Below, piece by piece: positions 54,799 through 64,000 of a stretch of DNA of 64,000 nucleotides; position 1 is the first letter of the stretch; the number at the start of each line of letters is the position of its first letter. The notes below the pieces were generated by a model. It had not been told where the DNA came from. It made no database searches and saw nothing but the letters and a program-made list of their open reading frames with translations. The position numbers and the translations under genes were made by a program. Source of the DNA: Octopus vulgaris (Eukaryota); contig OX597822.1 of assembly GCA_951406725.2 (NCBI GenBank), positions 89,218,001-89,282,000 on the forward strand, written 5' to 3'.

Positions 54799-56318
54799 GT
54801 GAGTATCATTGAGCTATTTGTTTCACCTAATTCTAGTTTCATAGAGCTGCTTTGGTGAGCCAGTGGAATCGAGATCAATAGAACCAGTTTTTTTTTTTTA
54901 TTTAAAAAAAGAAAAACCATTTTAGCATAGATTGTAGAAGGAAGCTGGACGATATATATTTTTACCATTTGTAGTTTGGTACCTTATTCCGATATCTTAT
55001 TTTGTCAGCTTTTTCCTTGCATCCCTCTGATGACACTGATGGTATCTTAACTTCAGAAACATAAAGTCAGAAACTAAGTATTATAAAGCATATGAAACTA
55101 CATTGTTTATACTCAAATCACAATTGTAGTAGTAGCAATTGTTAGTAGCAGTTTGTTACAAAGGTCCAAGGCAACGATTTTATATGAAAGGGAATGATTT
55201 TAAGTGAACAAATCTTAGAGCATACTTGGTATTCATTTAATTGACATTAGAAGAATGCAAAGTTGATCCCTGCAAGATTTGAAGCTCAAAATCACGACTA
55301 AATCTTGTAAGGTGTTCAGTTCACTACTTTCATTAAGGATTTTAAGCTTTGGTATAAAAAATGGTACAAAATTTATGGGAAGTGTGTAATTGATTTAATC
55401 AACCTCAGTGCTTATAATGACATCATCATTTAATGTTCACATTTTCCATGCTGACATGGGTTGGAAGGTTTAACAAGACCTGATGGAACCAATGTCTGCA
55501 TTATGCCCCAGGGTCTGTGTTGGTATGGTTTCACAGCCTTTCCTAATGCCAACTACTTGATAGTGAGTACTGGGTGCTTTTTACATGCCACCAGTACTAC
55601 TGAAGTGGTCGTACTGTTTGCAAGACTACAAACCCTATGTGGGCAGCGTTATGCTGGAGATGGAACATGAAAGTATGAGAGAAGGGACCAACACAGAACA
55701 AGTTTCTTGTAGAGAAGCTGCATGGCTACTCACATTTTAGAAGAAAAGGTGGAAGTGATTAGTTGGGGCTGGAAAATGATAAAAAATAATTGTGATGAGG
55801 TATCAGGGTGGACCTTGAAGATATGAGGTGGGTAGAAATAAGTAGGGTAGAGGAACCATGATTGTAGGTGGGTAGAGGTTGCAAGACTGTATGGTAGAGG
55901 GGAGATGGGAATAGGGGAGGTAAGTGTTCACCAACGATGTAGGGGAGTAGTGACACATAGGTGGAGGAGTTAAGATAATTTGGTAGCTCAGTAGTGATCT
56001 TTGTAGAGTGCAAAGGAAGAGGACAGTATTAATGGATGAAGAAGGTCTGGGTAGTAAGCAGTGGAATCAAGGAAGAGCTGTAGTTTAGGGGTGGGTGTGG
56101 GGATACTGAGGGGGAAGAAAATTGTGCAAAGGGCCCAGTTGTACATGATGCTTAATTTATTGAAGAATAAAAAGCAAAGTTAACCTCAGCAGGATTTGAA
56201 TGCAAAACTTGAAAGAACTTATTTAATAAAATACAATGAAGCATTTAAAAAATTTTTTAATTGATAACAAGGTAATTAAAGGCTGATGTCAAAATTAATT
56301 TTCATTGGTTCTTAATAG

Positions 56319-56436
56319 GCGTGGTTATGCTGATGAAGAGATTGAATTAATGTTTGCTAAATATGATCTTAATGGTGACAGAGTTCTTGATGAAGATGAA
56401 CAGAAGAAAATGAACGCTGATTTGAAAGCACAAACA
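56319..56436 (+). CDS. PKD2: PKD2 exon 11 (RGYADEEIELMFAKYDLNGDRVLDEDEQKKMNADLKAQT; EF-hand 2)
   Basis: Hand-translated; acceptor tag ending 56318, donor gtaaga at 56437; 118 nt. Confidence 0.94.
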
Positions 56437-56949
56437 GTAAGACTACTAAATATCACATTTACATGATTCTGGAATATTTCTGAAATTGTAAAATAAGCCA
56501 GGTTTGGAAAAGAAAAATATAGGTAAAATAAGAACAAAAAAAAAAAAAAAAAAAAAACAGAGAGATGTCCATTTTAACAAGGAAATTGTGACCTTTGGAC
56601 TTCTGATTGTAAAGTTCAAAGCAAACAGCTTTCTTTTTACTTATCATTTTTATTCATTCTCTTACATGGTAGTAAATAATATAATGATTAAAAATAAAAT
56701 TACAAGGTGCAGGCATGGATGTGTGGTTAAGAATAGGTTCAGTCCACTTGTGCAGTCCTTTGGGCATTGATTTTCCAGTAACTGATGACCTGTTACCTCT
56801 TTTAATCCAGATATAATTATGTGAAGACACTTAAAATATCATGTGACAATTATTAATCATTATTTTTCTATGACTAAGACATCATAACACACATTTGTTT
56901 ATTCATTAGAACCATGAAGGTGGAAACACTCTTTGTAACTATAATAATA

Positions 56950-57335
56950 CTAGCAGTATCGCCCGGCGTTGCTCAGGTTTGTAAGGGAAATAACTATAAA
57001 GCATTTTTAGAGAGTTATAGCCAAAAAATAGCAAAAAAATGGAAAAAAAATTATGGTAAATTTTTTTTTGAGAGTAAAAAAGGTTGAGTTGCGTCCCCTA
57101 GACAGTCTGTGGTTTGTTTTTTTGATTCTCGACCCCATGTCGAATTTATCGATTTTTTTCAGAACTGGGGTTAACTTTTCAAAATTTTCGCTGCGTTAGT
57201 TTTGAATTATGACATTGGGCTATGTGTGTGTCAAGTTTCATCAGAATCGGTTGAAAGCCGTGGTCAGGGTGAGGGTACGAGAAAACAGACACACAGAAAC
57301 ACGCACAGACAAACTGCCGTTTATATATAGAGAGA
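56950..57335 (-). mobile_element. Non-autonomous Helitron
   Basis: On the minus strand it starts TC(tctctatatataaa) and ends with hairpin cctgagcaacgccggg plus CTAG; inserted between A and T, no TSD. Confidence 0.8.
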
Positions 57336-57362
57336 TGAAGATAATAATATAACCCTAACAAT

Positions 57363-59501
57363 ATCATCATCATCATCATCATCGTTTAGCGTCCGTTTTC
57401 CATGCTAGCATGGGTTGGACGGTTCTACTGGGGTCTGTGAAGCCAGAAGGCTTCATCAGGCCCAGTCAAATCTGGCAGTGTTTCTACGGCTGGATGCCCT
57501 TCCTAACGCCAACCACTCCGTGAGTGTAGTGGGTGCTTTTTACGTGCCACCCGCACTGGTGCCAGACAGAGCTGGCAAACGGCCACGAACGGATGGTGCT
57601 TTTTATGTGCCACCGGCACGAGGGCCAGGCGAGGCTGGCAACGGACACGAAACGGGGCGGTGCTGGCAACGGTCGCGAAACAGAAAGTTCTCTTACATGC
57701 CACCGGCACTGGTAACACATCTGCAATTTCCATTGATCGATTTCGATTCTGATCGTCACTTGCCTCAACGGGTCTTCACAAGCAGAGTTTTGACATGCCA
57801 CCGGCACTGGTAGCACATCCGCAATTTCCATTGATCGATTTCGATTCTGATCCTCACTTGCCTCATCACGTCTTCACAAGTAGAGTTTTGTGTCCCAAGA
57901 AGGGAAGGTATGCATACGTAGGCTGGCTCCATCCCATGTAGAAGGCCACGGGTTATGGACTCACTTGTCCTGCCGGATCTTCTCGCGCACAGCACACTTC
58001 CAGAGGTCTCGGTCTCTAGTCATTTCCTCAGTGAGACCTAAAGTTCGAAGGTCGTGCTTCACCACCTCGTCCCAGGTTTTCCTGGGTCTGCCTCTTCCAC
58101 AGGTTCCCTCAACCGCTAGGGTGTGGCACTTTTGCACACAACTATCTTCATCCATTCTCGCCACATGACCATACCAGCGCAAACGTCTCTCTTGCACACC
58201 ACAACTGATGCTTCTTAGGTCCAGCTTTTCTCTCAAGGTACTTACACTCTGCCGAGTGTGAGTACCGGCATTACACATCCATCGGAGCATACTGGCTTCA
58301 TTTCTAGCGAGCTTACGCATATCCTCAGCAGTCACGGCCCATGTTTCACTGCCATGTAGCATGGCTGTTCGTACACACGCATCATACAGTCTGCCTTTCA
58401 CTCTGTGCGAGAGGCCTTTTGTCACCAGCAGAGGTAAGAGCTCTCTGAACTTTGCCCAAGCTATTCTTACTCTAGCAGTTACACTTTCAGCACACCCGCC
58501 CCCGCTGCTGACTTGGTCACCTAGGTAACGGAAACTATCAACTATTTCTAGTTTTTCTCCCTGGAAAGTGACGGAAGTTGGTCTCAGAGCATTTTCAGTG
58601 TTTATTGTTCCTGAGCATCTGCCACATACAAAAACCATCTTCCTAGTTAGCCTTCCTTTGACATTGCTGCATCTCTTATGTGTCCATAGCTTACACTTGG
58701 TGCATCTTATAGAGTTTCTACCTACACCTTTTCTACAGATCGAGCAGGGCCATCTACCTGAAGGTGTTTGTGATTTGTCTACCTTCCTACTGATTACGAC
58801 TTTGGTTTTAGCTAGATTGACTCTGAGGCCCTTCGATTCTAATCCTTGTTTCCACACCTGAAACTTCTCCTCCAGTTCTGATAGCGATTCAGCAATTAGA
58901 GCAAGGTCATCAGCATAGAGGAGCTCCCAAGGGCATCCTGTCTTGAATTCCTCCGTTATTGCCTGGAGGACTATGATAAATAGGAGGGGGCTGAGTACTG
59001 AGCCTTGTGGACTCCTACCTCTACCCGGAATTCTTCACTGTACACATTTCCAACCCTCACCCTACTAGCGGCGTCCCTGTACATGGCCCGCACAGCTCTC
59101 ACTAACCATTCATCTATCCCTAGTTTCCTCATTGCCCACCAGATAAGGGATCGGGGGACCCTGTCGAAGGCTTTCTCCACGTCAACAAAAGCCAGGTACA
59201 GGGGCTTATCTTTGGCTAGGTATTTCTCCTGCAGCTGCCTTACCAGGAATATAGCATCAGTAGTACTTTTCCCTGGCACAAACCCAAACTGCATCTCATC
59301 TAAACTAACTCTCTCTCTAATTAGTTGGGCTATGACCCTCTCCGTAACCTTCATCACCTGGTCCAACAGCTTGATACCTCTGTAGTTATTTGTATCTAGG
59401 GCATCACCTTTACCTTTGTAGCAGTTGACTATTATACTGCTACACCAGTCATTGGGTATGACCCCTTTGTGTATCACCTGATTAACTATACGGGTGACTA
59501 G
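57363..59501 (-). mobile_element. RTE LINE copy C, youngest; RT, PHD finger, full 3'UTR and (GAT)n tail
   Basis: Only one visible frameshift (near 59005, in VH-QGS); stop at 57961; ~97-bp tandem duplication in the 3'UTR at 57696-57891. Confidence 0.93.
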
Positions 59502-59664
59502 AAAAATGTACTGCTTGTGTGACAGTAACACTCATTTACAACTATCATGTGATGAGTAACCAAGGAAACACAATCATACACTCACACTCATATATATACA
59601 TACATATCTATATGTACGTATGTACATACATACATACATACATACATACATACATACATACATA

Positions 59665-60118
59665 CGAGGTGATATCAAAAAGTTCCTGGACTAGTTTTGT
59701 AGTGTGCCAACAGATGCCAGCACATGGCTGCATGAACAATGAGAGCAGCAATAATGTTCATGAGGCTGTGAGCTCTCCTCACTCATGAGTATCTCACCAA
59801 AACCATGTTATTGCTTCTGCACCCGCCCTATTCACCAGATTTAACACCTGTGGAGTTCCATCTCTTCCCCAAGATGAAAATGCAGCTCAAAGGTCTCTGT
59901 TTTAATACCATTGTTGAGATCGAAAGTGAATCACAGAAGTTCCTCAACTTGCTTACAGAAAATTACTTCCAGGTTGGATTCCAAAAGTGGCAGGAATGCT
60001 GGGACTGGTGTATTGTTGTGCAAGGTGACTATTTCAAAGAAGATGGTGTTAAAACTAATGTAAACAAGTTATCTTTTATTAAACATAACTAGCCCAGGAA
60101 CGTTTTGATACCATCTCA
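59665..60118 (+). mobile_element. Internally deleted mariner element
   Basis: TA-flanked ~32-bp TIRs cgaggtgatatcaaaaagttcctggactagtt; transposase C-terminus HPPYSPDLTP..FHLFPKMK. Confidence 0.85.
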
Positions 60119-60124
60119 TACATA

Positions 60125-61225
60125 CATCATCATCATCATCGTTTAAAATCTGTTTTCCATGCTGGCATGGGTTGGACAGTTTGACTGGGGACTGGCAAGC
60201 CAGGAGGCTGCATCAGGCTCCAATCTGATGTGACAATATTTCTACAGCTGGACGCCCTTCCTGATGCCAACCACTCTGAGAGTGTAATGGGTGCTTTTTA
60301 CGTGCCAGTCAGGTGGCACTGGCATCGGCCATGTTTGGATGGTGCTCTTTATGTGCTACTGGCACAGGAGCCAGTCAGGGTGGGGGCTGGCATCAACCAC
60401 ATTCGGCTGGTGCTTTTTATGTGCCATCGGCACAGGGAGCCAGTCAGGTGGGACTGGTAGTGACCCATGCATGAATGGTGCTTATTGCGTGCCACCAGCA
60501 TGGGAGCCAGTCAGCGGCACTGGCATCAGCCGCAACTACAATTTCTATTTTGATTTCGAGTTGATTGAGGTTCTGATTGTGATTTTGATTTTGATTTTTG
60601 ATTTTTTGATTTTACTTGACTTAATAGGTCTCTTCATTGATAGGTTATTAGGTGGCTCTCTGGCTTTCTGAAGACGGCGTTGCAGATTAATAGGCTGCTT
60701 GCATCACAGAACTCCAGTAGCCTAGTTCCCTCTTCGTTTCAGGAACCAATTCCATGGACATCATGGAAGATACCAGATTGCTGTCCGACATGCCCATTAA
60801 AATTTCCAGCCACAAAGATGAGGTCATTGCCACTCATCTTTGAGGTAGCCTTGAGAAGGGTATCATAAAAGTGGTCCTTCAAATCATTTGGTAGGTCTGC
60901 TTGTGGGGTGTAGGCAGAGATAACTGTAGCTAAACTATTCTGCACGACTAGCTTGGGCTTAAGCAGTTTATCGCATACCCTGATTACCTCTATGATCTTA
61001 TCCACCCATTTCTCTGCAAGGAGTATGCCTACACCCCCTACTCAATCACTGTTACCCAGAAGATTTTATACCTGTGTGCTTTGCCTATGTAGACCCTGGC
61101 TGAAACTCCTCTCCACCTTACCGCTTGTATGCGCATTCATCAGCATGTCTCTGTTCAAGCATCTCTACAATCTCACTAGACCTACCTTCCAATGTGCCCA
61201 CATTGACAGTGCCTACTCTAAAAAC
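60125..61225 (-). mobile_element. RTE derivative: APE endonuclease N-terminal part joined directly to the 3'UTR and (GAT)n tail
   Basis: VGTVNVGTL..., ISAYTPQ, AGNFNGHVG at 61225-60640, followed by RTE 3'UTR sequence at 60635-60125. Confidence 0.7.
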
Positions 61226-61719
61226 TGGGAAAGGAATGTGGAAGGAGGCATGGGGAGGGGAGATGTTATTCAGCTCCTTAAAAGGTTTCCATGTTCGTTT
61301 GATTCTACACCTGTTCTCACTTTTGACCTGTCATCATTCAAACATTCAAGCATATTAAGACTGTTGCCCCTACCGGGGATAGGAGTAAGCGTTAGGGGCA
61401 TTGTAAGTATAAGTGTTATGAACCTCATAAATTTAAATATTACTGGTACTGCAGATATAAGTATAAATAAATAAATAAATCAAAATAAATAGATAAAAGT
61501 TAATATCAATATCAATATGCCAGTGTTAGATTAAGTAGGTGGGCTGTTAAACTAGTTGCGTTTGTCCCGGGAGAGGAGGGAGGCGAATTTGCAGGTATGA
61601 TACCACCAGTGAGGGAGGGGGATTCTGGTGAGAAAGAGAGATATCCGGTATTGGTGATGGTGGCGGGAATGGACAGGCACGCCCACGAACAAGCAAGAAT
61701 AGTACAAAAGAGATAGTAC

Positions 61720-62458
61720 AAAAAATATGTAACCAACAACTTGGGAACACGGGAGGAAAGGAGAACTAAGGAAGGGTATTAGTGAGATATCATTTGGAAA
61801 TGAAGAATTAAGGAGAAAACTAAGGCTGAGAGAGAGAGATTATGAAGTTATGTACTGAAGAGTCAATTTAAATAATTGGCTTATGAAAATACATTATTAG
61901 TAAATAATGCATATTAATAATGAATGAATGAGTGAAAAGATCGAAAAAAATGAGAGAATATCATAGCTTATCAGTGCATAACTGGGTTCCAATAGATACC
62001 AATACTGGAATGAGTTGCATGAAAATCTGAGAGGGGAAACATGTGAGAAAGGTATTTTCATATATATGCTACAACCGGAAGTGGACATTATGATGGCATT
62101 TTCACTCTGGGCAGTAGAAAATAGCAGAGAGAGAGAGAGAGAGTAGCAGAGAATAGCACAAGAAGCCATAGTGAAAGGAAGGATTAAGAGATAGTAAGAA
62201 AAATATTTAGCCAACATGAAACATGGAGGGGAAAAAAATGAGGCAAGGGTTATTTAAGATATAGTATGAAAAAATATGTAGCCAACTTGGGAGCATTGGC
62301 GGAAAGGAGAACTAAGGGTATTGGAGAGATTTCAGTTGGAAATTACATGAGGAATTAAGGAGAAAACTAAAACTGAGCTAGAGAGATTAGGAAGTTATAT
62401 ATTGAAGAGTCAATTTAAATAATTAGCTTACAAAAATGCATATTAGTAAATAATGCTT
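61720..62458. repeat. Diverged ~190-bp direct repeat pair (61720-61912 and 62270-62458)
   Basis: Shared aaaatatgta.ccaac...ggaaaggagaactaagg...gaattaaggagaaaactaa...tgaagagtcaatttaaataatt...ttagtaaataatgc. Confidence 0.75.
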
Positions 62459-63060
62459 ATATATAAATATGTACGTGTGTGTGTATGATGGTTTTTCCTC
62501 TACTAAATCTATTTGCAAGACTTTGGTTGGCATGGGGCTAAAGTATAAAACACTTAGGACTGAGCCTGAAACCATGCAGTTGAGATGCAAACTTCTTAAC
62601 CACACAGCCACAACTGCACCTATCTTGTACTGAAATAACCAAGCAGATAAAATTTGAAATAACTGACCCAAAGTGTTATAAATTCATATCGGATTGCTTG
62701 TGTTTCATTTTAATTTACCACATCTGTGATTACTAGGTGTTGGTTCTTACTGAGAAGTGTGTTTCTTGATAGACTGATGTCTATCTATGGGTGGAGAAAA
62801 AAGTGTTAAGCCCTGTCACTTAGGACAGTACAATTCATAAACAGATGACCTAAGAAACTACTTAGTATGTAGCTGGTGTTTATGTAGTTAACTTAAAAAG
62901 ATGATAATTTTTCAGAATATTAACTTCATATTAACTTGACATTTTGTTATTTATACTATATCTTGATTTTGTTTAACCAATTATCAAGTTCTGTGATATG
63001 TACATTTAGCTGTGTTTGATGATTCTATAATGATAATTCATGATATTCACTCCACAACAG

Positions 63061-63387
63061 GATGCACTAAATAAAGAATATGATGAATTAGAAGAAAAGG
63101 CTAACAACAACAATCGCTGTAGTAGTCGCATGAGTTATCAGGAGGACAGCGGAGAGGACAGTGATGATGAAGACAATGGCTCAAAGGTCTCACGATCTGG
63201 ACGCGTAACTAATGGTGTTTCATACGAAGAATTTACAGTACTTTCTCGACGTGTGGATCGCATGGAACATTCCATTGGAAGCATTGTCTCTAAAATCGAT
63301 GCCGTTCTTGTGAAACTTGAAGCAATGGAAAAAGCAAAGATAAAGCGCCGAGAAACCATGGCAAAAATGCTTGACAGTATTACAGAA
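63061..63387 (+). CDS. PKD2: PKD2 exon 12 (acidic cluster [10 protein letters not shown] and C-terminal coiled coil)
   Basis: Acceptor cag ending 63060, donor gtaagt at 63388; coiled coil nearly identical to vertebrate PKD2. Confidence 0.96.
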
Positions 63388-64000
63388 GTAAGTTGTTTCT
63401 TTTATTTAAACCCTATCATAAACAGAAATGAGTTTAACAAGCAGCTCAACTAGATGTGTGCTATATAAATACACTTATATTTCCATTAAAAATCAGTTAT
63501 GTATGTAAGCCAGGTTTGTGACTATATGTATTTATAAAAACAATGGCCATCATTAGTAAAAGTTAAGAATTAATGCTTAATTGTGTCTAATTTAATATCT
63601 CAATGTTATGAGTTCCAGTCTTGCTGAAAATCCTGAACTATCATCCCTTTGCAACGGTCAATTAGTACTTGTAGTGTCCTGAAGTTGATTCAAGTATGCT
63701 ACCTTCCATTACAATAAGTTAACCTTGAGGCTAAGAAAGATAATTAGAAATTCAAACTAGAGGTAGAGGTATCAGAATTAGGACATTGAGCTAAAGTTCT
63801 GATGCCTAGCAGCTGACTTGGCAGAAGTTCACAAAATTTCTAACAATAACTTTGGCCACCTTTTTGAATCCAATACCTCTACCACTTGTGGGCAGGCTTA
63901 TAAAATCAAAAACCATATGGCACCCATGACTTCCAGAAATAATTTTTTAATGCTCAGAATTATTGAAACATAAAATAAGTTACTTCTATCAATTGTTAGC

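Noticed and set aside
57520-57830. CRISPR-like repeat-spacer pattern in the RTE tail modules
   Set aside because: Eukaryotic LINE 3'UTR; repeats are imperfect, spacers are related to each other, and there are no cas genes.
63138-63359. Antisense ORFs over PKD2 exons and over RT ORFs (also 56325-56537, 54696-54968, 43563-44042, 59005-59385)
   Set aside because: Shadow frames of real coding sequence on the opposite strand.

Overview
AT-rich, repeat-dense animal genomic DNA, most likely Octopus; this is inferred from the SINE and RTE-tail families and the very long (TA)n/(TATG)n tracts, not from a database search. One host gene spans almost the whole window on the + strand: a polycystin-2 (PKD2/TRPP) channel. 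I reconstructed 12 coding exons from ATG 3702 to 63387, all with GT-AG introns and consistent phases, totalling 2325 nt (775 codons); the last exon or exons lie beyond the window. Intron 1 is 28.6 kb. The introns hold RTE LINEs with a PHD finger, CR1/L2-type LINEs, an R4/Dong fragment in (TAA)n, Penelope-like GIY-YIG elements, Tc1, mariner, hAT, piggyBac- and Kolobok-type MITEs, a Helitron, a Gypsy remnant and tRNA-derived SINEs. The most notable signals missed by the ORF track are four. (1) A set of hammerhead-ribozyme-like motifs: one family at the 3' end of Penelope-like elements with compensatory changes in stem II, and a separate tRNA-headed short element carrying a hammerhead core (SINE/retrozyme-like). 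(2) A duplicated, stop-containing decoy copy of the PKD2 exon 3 acceptor. (3) Two canonical EF-hand loops and a PKD2L1-like pore filter in this PKD2. (4) Several long inverted repeats in or near the pre-mRNA. Most tyrosine/isoleucine-rich ORFs in the track are microsatellite artefacts.
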